From: Octopus sinensis
Taxonomy: Eukaryota
NCBI RefSeq assembly: GCF_006345805.1
Contig: NC_043003.1
Span: 18,910,001 to 18,974,000, forward strand
Length of the DNA stretch: 64,000 bases
Direction of reading: 5' to 3'
Shown here: positions 41,565 to 54,997 of the stretch, in pieces
Layout: every line of letters starts with the position of its first letter
Position numbering within the stretch: position 1 is the stretch's first letter
The notes under the pieces: model-generated
The model's input: only the letters and a program-made list of their open reading frames with translations
Told to the model about the DNA's origin: nothing
Database searches by the model: none
Translations under genes and position numbers: made by a program

Positions 41565-42251
41565 ATAGTAATGGTTTCAAATTTTGGTACATAACAAGCA
41601 ATTTTAGATGAAAGAGTAAGTCAATTATGTCGACCCTCATCCTAAACTGGTACTTATTTTATCAATTCTCGAAATGATGAAAGGAAAAGTCAACCTCAGC
41701 AGTATTTGAACTCAGAATGTAAAGATCTTGGAAAAAACACCACTAAGTGTTTTGTCCAGTGCAGTAACAATTCTGCCAGCTTGCTATGTTAATAATAATA
41801 ATAATAACAATAATGGTTATTTCTGACCTATGCCTTCTTATTTTGGGAGCCTGGTGTCTTTGATTATATCAACTCCAGTACTTCACTAACTCCCTTCAAA
41901 AATTGAAGGGCAAAACTCGCTTTGACAGTATTTGAATGCAGAACATAAAGGAGGCGTTTCTAATTTAGGCATAAGAGCAACAATTTGTTAGGGGTTAGTC
42001 AATACCATCAATCCTAGTACTTAGTTAGTATTTTATTTCGGTAGTTCAGGAAAGATAAAAGGCGAAGTTGACCCAAGCAGAATTTGAACTCAGAACATAA
42101 GGATCTGGAATGAATTCTGTGTCATCTCTTCCAACACTCTGTCCATCCATCTATTCATTTTCTCCTCTCACTCCTCCCGAGAGAGTCATTTGGGTAGAGT
42201 TCTGAGGCACCTCCTCCTATAGGATCCTTTCAAAGGCAACTGTCATTAGTC

Positions 42252-42669
42252 ATAGGCGTAGGAGTGGCTGTATGGTAAGTAGCTGCTTACGAACCACATG
42301 GTTCCAGGTTCAGTCCCACTGCGTGGCACCTTGGCCAATTGTCTTCTACTATAGCCTCAGGACAACCAAAGCCTTGTGAGTGGATTTGGTCGATGGAAAC
42401 TGAAAGAAACCCATCGTATATATATGTATACATATATATATGTATGTGTGTGTATATGTTTGTGTGTCTGTGCTTGTACCCCCAACATCACTTGACAACC
42501 AATGCTGGTGTGTTTACGTCCCTGTAACTTAGTGGTTCGGCAAAAGAGACCGATAGAATAAGTACTAGGCTTACGAAGAATGAGTCCTGTGGTCAATTTG
42601 CTCAACTAAAGGCGGTGCTCCAGCATGACCACAGTCAAATGACTGAAACAAGTAAAAGAGTAAAAGAGA
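42252..42669 (+). mobile_element. SINE family A
   Basis: Full consensus; the anticodon-like loop reads ttACGaa. Confidence 0.9.
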
Positions 42670-43167
42670 CTCTATGGCTGGATTCCTAGGCATAACCAAC
42701 TGACACTGTGAATATTATCCAGTCACTTTGTTCTTGGTCAACCTCTAAGTCTGCTGTTGGTTGGCTTGACTTTAACAATCTGTTTTGTGATTATCACCTG
42801 CAATATTCTAATTGCACGTCCATAGTACCAGAGCTGTAACTTCTTCATTCGGAGAAGTAGCTATGAACTCTTTAACTATTCTCAATTTGTGCCTATATTA
42901 AATTATTGACAAATATAACTCTTCCTGAATCGCATAATTGGAATTTTTAAAGAGTTGTTTTGTTTTTAGAAATTTAAGCATAATAATCAAAAATATTAAT
43001 ATTTAGTTCCTAACATGGTTATGGCTGTGTGGTAAGTTTGCTTTCCAACCACATGATTCCAGTTTTAGTCTCATTGCGTGACACCGTAAGCAAGTGTCTT
43101 TTACTATAGTCTTGGGCTGAACAAAACTTTGTGAGTGAATTTGGTAGTCAGAAACTGAAAGATGCCC

Positions 43168-43169
43168 TA

Positions 43170-43242
<73 letters not shown>

Positions 43243-43379
43243 TATATTATATCATATATATATATATATAATATATATATACATATATATATATATTAAT
43301 ATATATACATATATATATATAGATATATATATATATACATTATATATATATAATATATATATATATACATATATATTAT

Positions 43380-43449
<70 letters not shown>

Positions 43450-43463
43450 CATACATACATATA
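43168..43463. repeat. (TA)n tract
   Basis: Directly visible; a further pure (TA)n lies at 43799-43864. Confidence 0.95.
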
Positions 43464-43794
43464 TACATTATATAAAAGGGCTTAGTAAAATAAATTACTT
43501 TGCCGCATACTGAACTCATTAGAAATAGCAGCTAAAAACTTTTTTAAGGCTATTTCTAATACTTAAAGAAAATCTCTCTCATATATATGAGAGAGATTTT
43601 CTTTAAGTATTAAAATAGCCTTAAAAAAGTTTTTTAGCTGCTATTTCTAATGAGTTCAGTATGCGGCAAAGTAATTTATTTTACTAAGCCCTTTATATAA
43701 TGTAATAATTTGAATTCGCCTTGAATGGTCCCTTTGCATACTGAACACTTGGTGAAATTGATTAATAATTAATTAATTTTGCCCTCAATTGTTG

Positions 43795-43800
<6 letters not shown>
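43464..43800 (+). mobile_element. Truncated fold-back relative of the 51790-52743 element
   Basis: 43464-43704 is a near-perfect palindrome; 43679-43800 matches the terminal direct repeat of the 52-kb element; (TA)n on both sides. Confidence 0.85.
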
Positions 43801-43862
<62 letters not shown>

Positions 43863-43866
<4 letters not shown>

Positions 43867-44266
43867 CGTAGAAGTGGCTGTGTGGTAAGTAGCTTGCTTA
43901 TGAACCACATGGTTCCAGGTTCAGTCCCACTGCGTGGCACCTTGGCCAAGTGTCTTCTACTATAGCCTCAAGCCGACCAAAGCCTTGTGAGTGGATTTGG
44001 TAGATGGAAACTGAAAAAAGCCCATCATATATATGTATATATATATATCTGTGTGTGTATACATTTGTGTGTCTGTTTGTTCCCCCAACATTGCTTGACA
44101 ACCAATGCTGGTTTGTTTACATCCCCATAACTTAGCGGTTCAGCAAAAGAGACCGATAGAATATGTACTAGGCTTACAAAGAATAAGTCCTGGGGTCGAT
44201 TTGCTCAACTAAAGGTGGTGCTCCAGCATGGCCGCAGTCAAATGACTGAAACAAGTAAAAGAGCAA
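43863..44266 (+). mobile_element. SINE family A
   Basis: Full consensus. Confidence 0.9.
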
Positions 44267-45489
44267 AATACCCTAAACACCAAGCCATGCGCCTCCACTG
44301 TAGAAGTATTACCAGTTTATTGCACATAATTTTTAACCACAAAATCTTATGGACCCACAAGGGTCTCATCAATCGAGAACCACAGGACTAAACCTTTCAA
44401 AGCAGTACCCTGGCATGGCTGCAGTCCAATGACTGAAACCTGTAAAAACAAAATGAAAAAGAAATATAGACAGAAGAGTTCATTAAAAACACTTTTTTTA
44501 AAAATGCATTCTGGTTCTTTGGTTTTCTTGGTAATTAAGACTTACATAGTATATAAAGATGTATAAATATATTTATTAAGCGTAGTATAGCTAATAATGA
44601 AGCTAATGACACCAATGTTCTTTTAATGAGATTTTCATTTTAACGATAAGTGATGAGAAAATAGAACCTGATAAAAATTGACTGACAATGATAATGCTGA
44701 GTATGTTAAGAAGAAAAGAGCAAATAATGAAGAACATCAAGTGAAAGATAGATGATGACAGTAATACTAACACTGACAGTATGGATGACGATTATGATGA
44801 TAATAAATTATAATAAGGCTTAATTAGATAATGATAGCTATAAAATTTTGTTATTTTTATTGTCAGAGGTAATAGCTTTTTAACTATGGCAACTATGTTG
44901 ATTATGATGAATCTGTTAAAAAGTAATTTAGTAATTGTAAAAAAGGAAATTTAAAAAAAAATTATTATTATCCTGATTATTTCAGGTGGCTAATTGTTTC
45001 AGGAAAATTCCATAATAATAATAATAATAATAATAATTTCAAAACCATATCAACTTATTTGACAAATTTAAAAATATATTTTTTTTCCTTTTTAAAAATT
45101 TTTTGTTGGTAATTAAATTGGTTTAATTCGTTTAATGATCTCTCTGTTCCCCACTCTCACCCCATTCCACATTCTTCATTGTTCAATATTTTAAAGGTCA
45201 TCCTTGTTTTTTTTGTTTTGTTTTTTCTTTCTTTCATATAAGCACAACACTTTCAGAGTTATCATTGGATTGAAAGATGGATAGGCCTGTCTAATAGTTC
45301 ATTGATTTCTGCTTTTTTGTATTTATATACATACGTATGTATATGTATATACATGCTTATTGTATGTGATTGCAAAGTCATACATACAGGTTGAATGCAG
45401 TCAGTATTACGCATTTATTAAAAGACAAAAACTTGAAAAAAAATTCACTATATGCATTTTTTTATGCATGTATATATATATGGAGGCGC

Positions 45490-45831
45490 CTACCTCAGTA
45501 AAGCTGGACTCAAGAGTTATCTTCGTAATCATAAAACGAGACAGATGAGTGACAACCTGGCCACTGGTGGTGGTGTAACACACCATACTAATCATATCTG
45601 TCGGGCATGTGGAAGAGAGTATAATTCGACAGGAGGACTTAAACGACATGCAAAGGTACATGAAGTCCAGTTACAACTACAGCCGACTATTACCAGTAAA
45701 GGTTTTAGTTGCCAATTCTGTACAAGACATTGTAGATCCTTAGCTGGGCTAAAACGTCACATTCGATCGCAGCACCAGTAACAGTTAAGCTTCGTGCAAT
45801 GGCCATACTCGATAACGTGGGGGCAGCCATA
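45490..45831 (+). mobile_element. 5'-truncated LINE (RTE-like) 3' end encoding C2H2 zinc fingers
   Basis: Open frame with one partial and two complete C2H2 fingers (CRAC..HAKVH, CQFC..HIRSQH*), ~50-nt 3' UTR, 12-bp TSD atatggaggcgc (45478-45489, 45832-45843). Confidence 0.8.
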
Positions 45832-45835
45832 ATAT

Positions 45836-45950
45836 GGAGGCGCACTGGTCCAGTGGTTAGGGCAGTGGACTCGCGGTCAGAGGATCGTGGTTTCAATTCC
45901 CAGACCGGGCATGTGTGTGTTTATTGAGCGAAAACACCTAAAAGCCCCAC
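45836..45950 (+). mobile_element. SINE family D head
   Basis: Matches ~11723-11840. Confidence 0.8.
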
Positions 45951-47554
45951 ATGTGTATGTGTGTCTGCATGATTTGCAGCTAGAAGTATCTGCTTGGATT
46001 CCACTGTGGTACTTAGCTGTAATATCAAGACCTCTTATTGCAAAAAAATATATTTTGCCCACTAAAATATCAATTCTTTAACGTGACTGTTAATGAAAAT
46101 TTCTTGTTACATACATAATTAACTATCCAGTCACAGTATTTCATTTATGTATAGAACTACAGTTGTGAAGGCACACGGTTTAGTGATTGGGGTATTCAAC
46201 TGACCAATGCTGTGTGAGTGAATTTGGTAAATGGAAGCTGTGGAAGCTCGCTATATATATATTTATGCTTATGTCTTGTTGTTTGTTCCCACCACCACTT
46301 GGCAACAGGCATTGGTATGTTTACAACGCAATAACCTAGTGGTTTAGCAAAAGGGATCAAGAGAGTAAGTTTCAGGTTTAAAAAATAAGTTCTAAGGCTG
46401 ATTTGTCTGACTAAACTTTACAAGGCAGTGTCCCAGCGTGGCTGCAGTCCAATGACTGAAACAATTAATAAAAGATGAAAAATGAAATGGATCAAACTGA
46501 ATAAGCTCCAGGGTACCATTACTTTGAAACAATGGAAATGTATGTCCATGAAGAGACCTTTGAATGGAGGCCAGAAAGGAATAAAGGTGAGGCAGATCTG
46601 TCGAGTAGAAGCACATGGCTTAGTGGTTGAGGTGTTGGATTCGTGATTGTAAGATTGTGGTTTCAACTCCTGGACCAGGTGGTACCTTGTGTTCTTGAGC
46701 ATAACACTTCATTTCACATTGCTCCAGTCCACTCAGTGTGGCTTAGTGGTTAGGGAGTTGGACTCATGATTGTAAGATTGTGGTTTCAATTCCTGGACTG
46801 GGCGATGCATTGTGTTCTTGAGCAAAACGCTTCATTGCATGTTGCTCCAGTCCACTCAGCTGGCAAAAATGTGTAACCCTGCGACGAACCAGCATCTTGT
46901 CCAGTGGAGAATATATATGCCAGAGAAACCAGGAAACCAGATTTTTGAGTCTATATGACTCAGGAAGAAACAAGATTGATTAATGATTATAGATAAGGAC
47001 TTGAAAGATATGGGCCTGGCCTCGTCATGAAGCAAATTCATGGCAAATCTTGCACCATGCTGGGTGAAAAATCTATCATCACGCAATGCTCCAAAAGCAC
47101 TAAGTCAGCATACAAGACACACACATGCATCCTACATACACATACAAAAACAGTCGTACAAACACATTCCAATATGCAGTGTCACTAAAGTACAAAAGCT
47201 AACATATCCAGTCATGTATAAACACACACACACATAATAATATAAACATATGCATACCTATACGTTTGTATATATCACAATATAAATGTACACAATCTTG
47301 CATACAAAGACTCCAACCTATGGAAACAGTAAAATCCGAACACAAACACACATGCTCACATACTAGTCACATATACATTCATACATAGTGACATAGTCAT
47401 TTATACATAGTCATATGCATACACATTCATATATAGTCACATATATATTCATACAGTCGCATACATATACATAATTACATAGCAGCTGGTGACAGGAAGG
47501 GCATCCAGTTTGTAAAACAATGCCAAACTCATGCAAAGCTCCAACTTAGTTTGA

Positions 47555-47735
47555 CAGGTGGGTGAAGAAATGCCAGCAGATTCGTGTGGAATGAATCTGT
47601 ATAGAAGGGAAAGACCAAGGAAGACAGGCAAATTTTGTTGAAAGCTGATCTCGAGAAACTAAACCTCACAAAGAAATACAAATGCAGAGATGCTATGTTG
47701 ATGTGAAGCTGTCCAACACATGCAAGCATGTAAAA
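47555..47735 (+). mobile_element. RTE-type LINE 3' remnant
   Basis: WVKKCQQIRVE..RPRKT..LLKADLEKLNLTK motifs with frameshifts. Confidence 0.6.
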
Positions 47736-50194
47736 CACAAGCAGAAAAATTATTTCACACATACACATATGCATATATTATTATTATTATTATTATTATG
47801 AAATTTGATAATAATATATGTGTATGTGTGAGGTGGCAAGCTGGCAGAAACGTTAGCATGCCGGGCGAAATGCTTAACAGTATTTCGTCTGCCATTACGT
47901 TCCGAGTTCAAATTCAGCCGAGGTCGACTTTGCCTTTCATCCTTTCGGGGTTGATAAATTAAGTACCAGTTACACACTGGGGTCAATGTAATCGACTTAA
48001 TTCCTTTGTCTGCCCCTGTTTGTCCCCTCTATGTTTAGCCCTTTGTGGGCAATAAAGAAATAAGAAACATTAGCACGCCGGACAAAATGCTTAGCAGTAT
48101 TTCATCTATCTTTACATTCTGAGTTCAAATTCTGCTGAGGTCAACTTTGCCTTTCTTTTTTTCAGGGTTGATAAATTAAGTACCAGTTGCATACTGAGGT
48201 CAATCTAACTGACTGGGCCCCCTCCGCAAAAATTTCGAGCCTTGTGCCTAGAGTAGAAAAGATTATGAAATGTGACAAAGTGGCAAGCTGGCAGAATTGT
48301 TAGCAAATCAGACAAAACACTATGCAATATTTCTAACAGCTTTGCATTCTGAGTTCAAATTTCGCTGAGGTTGACTGTGCCTTTCATCCTTTCAGGGTTA
48401 ATGAAACAAGTACCAGTCAAGTACTGGGGTTGATGAGATCAACTAGCCACCTCCCCCAAAATTCCTGGCCTTGTGCCTATAGGAAAAATGATTACTATGA
48501 AATGTGATACTTGAATAATTCTACTTGTTAACAATCAAATTTCAAATTTAGAGGGAATTTGAAGGAAAAAGGGGTTGGTTTTAGTTATTTATTTTCTTTT
48601 TATTATAATTTTCTATATTGCTATCATTCCTGGCCATCTATCAATCCTTTACCCAATCACATATTTATGGGGGGAAAAATAACCCAAAATTTTAAATTTC
48701 TGATGCCCTTTTTCAGATTTCATCAATCTCCCATTTGGTTCTGTAGCATGTTTTATTAATTATTCTCTTTCATGTTATTGCAATTTTTCATTAAAAAAAC
48801 ATTGGAACTTTATATATTTTTCTTTTTTATTTTTTCTATAAAATCTCTCTTTCTCTCTCTCTATCTATCTGTCTGTTTGCCTGTCTGTCTGTCTTTAGCT
48901 AGCTATCATTTATTATTCCCCACTTTTTTTTTAACCTGCTCTTTAAGTCAGCATCTTCCTCTTCAATTTTCTTCTCTTTTACTCTTTTCTAATTTCTCCT
49001 CTGTTTTGCTCAGTCTCTCTCTTTAAATATCTTTCAATCTCTTCTCCCCCACCTCTCTCTCTCTCTTACTCACCGTCTCTCTCTCTCTCCACACACACAC
49101 ATACTTTTAAATCACATAGCTTCAGGTTGAGTTTCACTCCATGGTACCTTGGGTAAGTGCCTTCTGTTACAGCCATGGGCTGACCAATGTCTTGTGAGTG
49201 AATTTTGTAGACAAAAACTGTTGAATCCCATTGTGTGTATAAATATATAATAGAAACCAAAGGGGTCCACAGGAAAAAGATGGCTGAGAACCATTGATTG
49301 AAACATTCAAACATTATCGCTTCCTTTCCAAGTCTTGTAGCATTTCTCATGGAACTTTTGGTCCTCCAAAAATGTCTTGGTGTATAAATCAACCTATCTC
49401 TTTCTTTTGGCTGTAAATTTAGGTCTGGCAACTTCAACTTGTCTGCCAGAAAATATGGTGTTTATGCCATAGATTTAAACATCCCAATGGCGGCGAGCTG
49501 GCAGAAACATTAGCATGCTGGGCGAAATGCTTAGCTGTATTTCATGTGCCATTACATTCTGAGTTCAAATTCCGCCAAGGTCGACTTTGCATTTCATCCT
49601 TTCGGGGTCAATAAATTAAGTACCAGTTACGCACTGGGATCAATATAATCGACTTAATCCATTTGTCTGTCCTTGTTTGTCCTCTCTGTGGATAGTAAAG
49701 AAATAGGTATTTCGTCTGCCATTACGTTCTGAGTTCAAATTCCACTGAGGTCGACTTTGCCTTTCATCCTTTCGGGGTTGATAAATTAAGTATCAGTTAC
49801 ATACTGAGGTCGATTTAATCGACTTAATCCGTTTGTCTGTCCTTGTTTGTCCCCTCTGTGTGTAGCCCCTTGTAGGCAGTAAAGAAATAAGATTTAAACA
49901 TCCCACATTTTTGTTTCATTAACTCCCCTTACTCATTCAGGTAGATAATGTTGTGCACAAATAACTTATTGACTAGTATTGTAGATACATCAACTTATTA
50001 AAGACATAGTGTTAAGTGTGAGAATGTAACATGCGAGAAGAAACAGCCAAATTGCTATCAAATTACTCAAGATATGAACTAGTAGTTAATGATGAATGCA
50101 AAATACTTCTTTAATACCCTAGTTACCCAACCTATTGATTCTACTTTACCTCATTTCATCTAAGTGAAGATTGTTATTAATTCACTGTGATTTA

Positions 50195-50760
50195 ATCACC
50201 CAACCAGATGCAGTCATTGTACACTACCTTTGTTCACCCAACTATGAACAGTTCTTATTTCTGCATTGTCACTGTTCACCCAACTATGGACAGTCCTTAA
50301 TTCTACATTGTCACTGTTCATCCAACTATGAACAGTCCATAATATACATTACCTCTAATCACCCAACCATGAACAGTTCTTAATTCTACATTGTCACTGT
50401 TCACCCAACTATGAACAGTCCTTAATTCTACATTACACCTGTTCACCCAACCATGAACAGTCCTTAATTCTACATTGTTACTCTTCACCCAATTATGGAC
50501 TGTCCTAAATTCTACATTGTTACTGTTCACCCAACTATGAACAGTCTTCAATTCTACATTGCCTCTGTTCATCCAACTATGGACAGTACATAATTCTACA
50601 TTGTCTCTGTTGACCAAGCTGTGAACAATTCTAAATTCTATATTACTTTAATTCACCCAGCTACCAATAACTTTCATCAATACCATTACCTCAACTGACC
50701 CATCAATGGACAGCTCTTAATTCTGTATTGCTTCAGTCAACCCAACTGTGAACAATCCTG
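50195..50760. repeat. 42-bp minisatellite, ~13 units
   Basis: Unit tcacccaactatgaacagtccttaattctacattgtcactgt; 14-aa periodicity in the ORF track. Confidence 0.92.
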
Positions 50761-51789
50761 ATTCTTAAATTCATTTGTGGTGAAATGTCTTTAACATGCT
50801 AACCACCACATATACCACTGGTTGTTCATCACGAACTTCACGCAAGTGCCATATGCACCATCTGTGATACATTTTCATAATTTGATAAAATATTTTATTC
50901 AGTATCTTTTACATGGTTTTGAGGAATATTTTAAATAACATGAGTGCTAAATATTAAAGTTTAATTATAAAACATTGTAAAAATGCAAAATTATATCTCC
51001 TTGCAATTATGCAGTATGCAGTGTGATTGGAAATGCATAGTGGCTCTAGTATGTTCCAGTAACAGGTCATGGCAGTTAACGTGTTAATTCTACATTAAGG
51101 AATTTTTCAACAAAACTGATGGCTTTCCCCTCATTGATCAGGGCAGTCACAGAAAACTAAATTGCTGAAAGGATGGCCTAATGTATTCACTGTTTGTTAT
51201 ATAAAACATAAAAATAAGAGCAGTTAAAATTTTGTACACTGTTTGATAGAAATAGTGGAGGTGCATGGCTTAGTGGTAAGGGTGTCAGCATCATGATCGT
51301 AAGATTGTAGTTTCAATTCCTGGACTGGGCAACTCGTTGTGTTCTTGAGCAAAACACTTCATTTCACTTTGCTCCAGTCAACTCAGCTGGCAAAAATGAG
51401 TAACACTGTGATGGATTAGCATCCCATCCAGCTGGGGAACACATACGCCATTGAAACCGGGAAACTGGGCCCATGAGCCTGGCTAGGCTTTAAAAGGATA
51501 CATTTTTTTTTTTTGATAGAAATACCAGATGTGGATTAATGTCACTAATATCAAAAGTTGACACAAGAAGTTTTGGTTTGTGGGATATGTTGCATTGGAC
51601 ACATGCACAGTTGTGTGGTTAAGAAGCTCATTTTGCAACCATGTGCTTTCTGGTTCAGTCCTACTGCATGGTACCTTAGCCAGTTGTCTTCTACTATAGC
51701 CCCAGGTCAACTAATGCCCAGTGAGGGAATTTGGTAGATGGAAAGTGTCTGGAAGCCTACTGTATGTATGTGTATATATATATATATAT

Positions 51790-52741
51790 ATTGTATAAAA
51801 GGGCTTAGTAAAATAAATTACTTTGCCACATACTGAACTCATTAGAAATAGCAGCCAAAAAAAGATTTTTTAGCCATTTCTAATACTTAAAGAAAATTTC
51901 TCTCAGATAGTGTTTACTCAAAATAACCCACGAAGGTATGGGGGTAAAAACATTAAAAAATCACAAGTGCAAAGATTATTTGAGAACGTACGTTTCTAGA
52001 TCAGCCAAATACAATTCGACATTTCTTTTGTCAGCCCAAAATTTCTTAATTCGGATTTTTTACTAAGCCCTTTTATACAATGTAATATTTTGAATTCGCC
52101 TTAAATGGTCCCTTTACATACTGAATACTTGGTGAAATTGATTAATAGCTAATTCATTTTACCCTCAATTGTTGAAATTATAATTCATTTCTCTCTGTTT
52201 AATGCCTCGGTTTTCACCGATAAAATATGGTGTTTACTAGTCTGACCCACGTGGGTGGAAGGGGGAGAGCAGGAATTTTTCGCTTGCATATTTTGAATTT
52301 GTTGGCACTGTTAGTTTGAACGGATCTTCTGAGGTGAAAAGTCGCCAAAAGGGTATGCTCCTACTTTCAGTGTTTCCAAATCCGAATTAAGAAATTTTGG
52401 GCTGACGAAAGAAATGTTGAATTGTATTTGGCTGATCTAGAAACGTACGTTCTCAAATAATCTTTGCACTTGTGATTTTTTAATGTTTTTACCCCCATAC
52501 CTTCGTGGGTTATTTTGAGTAAACACTATCTGAGAGAAATTTTCTTTAAGTATTAGAAATGGCTAAAAAATCTTTTTTTGGCTGCTATTTCTAATGAGTT
52601 CAGTATGTGGCAAAGTAATTTATTTTACTAAGCCCTTTTATACAATGTAATATTTTGAATTTGCCTTAAATGGTCCCTTTACATACTGAATACTTGGTGA
52701 AATTGATTAATAGCTAATTAATTTTACCCTCAATTGTTGAA

Positions 52742-52743
<2 letters not shown>
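51790..52743 (+). mobile_element. Non-coding Penelope-like/retrozyme-like element with inverted 5' copy and terminal direct repeat
   Basis: 51790-52056 is the reverse complement of 52380-52646; 52058-52178 is directly repeated at 52623-52743; (TA)n on both sides; contains a hammerhead motif. Confidence 0.75.
52396..52457 (+). ncRNA. Type I hammerhead ribozyme candidate
   Basis: Stem I TTTGGG/CTCAAA, core CTGACGA (52402-52408), stem II AGA/TCT, GAAA (52440-52443), stem III AC-gtac-GT, cleavage triplet GTT (cut after 52451). Confidence 0.65.
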
Positions 52744-52774
<31 letters not shown>

Positions 52775-53296
52775 ATATATCATCATCATCATCATTTAAC
52801 GTCCGCTTTCCATGCTAGCATGGTTTGGACAATTTGACTGAGGACTGGCGAACCAGATGGCTGCACAAGGCTCCAATCTTCTCCCATATTCACTCTTTTG
52901 ATCATGTTGCTTTCAATGAAAATATATAACAAAAAATAGGGTAGAGATGACTGTTACATCTTATTGGAGACAAGGGACCCTCTAGTATGGGTGCCACAAT
53001 AAAATGTTTCTATCACACTCAATAGAAAAACAGACGACATAGATTAGAGAGAACTCTTTAGTTCTCTATACAATGGTCAAAACAACCTCTCTTGCACTGA
53101 TGCATGAAGAAGGGCATCCAGCCATAGAAACCATGTCAGAAAGTAGTGTGTATGAGCAAAAACATTGATTGGTTTCCCAACTCACCTATGAAGGTAGTAC
53201 CTTCAAATAAGATCTCACTCAGATAGTGATGACCTGTGTAATGCATGCTAGCAGGGAAAAATAGATGCAAAATGATATTTGGTGGTTGTGGAGAAG

Positions 53297-53368
53297 GCGG
53301 TGGTGGTGGTGGTGGTGGTGGCAGCTGTGGTGGTGGTGGTGGCAGCTGTGGTGGTGGTGGTGGTGGTT
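53297..53368. repeat. (GGT)n microsatellite with two gcagct interruptions
   Basis: Directly visible. Confidence 0.9.
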
Positions 53369-54285
53369 GGGAAATTAATTATATACCTGCTGGAAAAATA
53401 AATGATTTGAGCGAATAAAACATCGGAGACCACCATTTCATTGGTTGTGCATTTATAACTACAGCAAGTGTTTGTAATTAACCCACCGATGCATGAATTT
53501 TAATTTTTATTCTGCGAATTAATTACAATTCAATAACAACAAGAAATATAAAAACAATATGAATGAAAGAAAAGAAAAAAAGAAAAATAATCATATAAAA
53601 GTATGATTATAACAATAGTTGAGATTCATGAAAAGTTAATAACAAATGAACAGAATTTGAAATTGAAATAAATACTTCATATAATATTGTATTCTGACTG
53701 CTCCATTTTTGAAACACTCTGCATTAATGAGTTAATAAGATTATCATTTTCTGGATTATTAATCTCATCTTTAGATCATATATTTACAATGTTTACATTT
53801 ACACAACGTTTTGATCTCTGATTGCAATTATTCATTTTATTGCTGGATGCATTTGTAATCCCAGACTAGATTCAAACTAGAAAGCTTTATTTCTATATTA
53901 AGGGTGATAGCATTTTTATTCAGAAGGCCGCTGATGTGTATACAGTTATTGGTGTAAATTTAAATCCAAAGATATTTAAAATTTTTTTATATTTCATCTA
54001 GTTTCAGCTCACGAGCTGTAGCCATGCTGGGGCACCGCCATTAAGTAAATGCGAGCTCACCAGGATATATACCAGATTTATTAGATTTGATGGTCAGAGA
54101 AATTTCTGTCAGATCTTATTGTAATGGTACAGTTTGGTAGACAGCTGCTGAGTATGGACACAACAATTGGATGTTGCCCAGATCAGGATGTGAGACGTTT
54201 CGGCATAGCTGTTTTGGCACCGCCTAATTGGCATCATTGATTTGATGCTGACTTGACATTAGATATTTTAATATTTCTCTTTCAT

Positions 54286-54318
<33 letters not shown>

Positions 54319-54781
54319 GTTTATGTGTGGGAACATTTAATTATGCTTGTATGTATCTTTTACCATTTACTTGTTTCAGTCATTTGACTGTGGCCATGCT
54401 GGGGCACCACCCTGAACAATTTTTGGTCAAATGAATCGATTAAAGTACTCATGTTTTTTTTAAGCTCGGTACTTATTCTATCAGTCTCTTTTGCTGAACT
54501 GCTAAGTTACAGGGATGTAAATATACCAACATCAGTTGTCAAGTGGTCGTAGTAGGGGTCAAACACAGATACATAATCACACATATATTCTTTTACTTGA
54601 CTGTGGCCATGCTGGAGCACCACCTTTAGTTGAGCAAATCGACCCTAGGACTTATTCTTTGTAAGCCTAGTACTTATTCTATTGGACTCTTTTTGCCGAA
54701 CTGCTAAGTTACAGGGACATAAACACACTAACATCAGTTGTCAAGCGATGGTGAGGGGACAAACACAGACACAAAAAACAA

Positions 54782-54843
<62 letters not shown>

Positions 54844-54997
54844 CATATATATATAGAACAAGGCTTCTTTCAGTTTCCATCTACCAAATCTACTCACAAG
54901 GCTTTGGTTGGCCCAAGGCTATAGTACAAGACACTTGCCCAAGGTGCCACGCAGTGGGACTGAACCTGGAACCATGTGGTTGGGAAGCAAGCTTCTT

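Noticed and set aside
42254-42330. tRNA gene (Arg-like head)
   Set aside because: It continues into SINE body and tail; it is a SINE head, like the other tRNA-like segments here.
50195-50760. CRISPR-like array
   Set aside because: Contiguous tandem units with no unique spacers, eukaryotic context, no cas genes.
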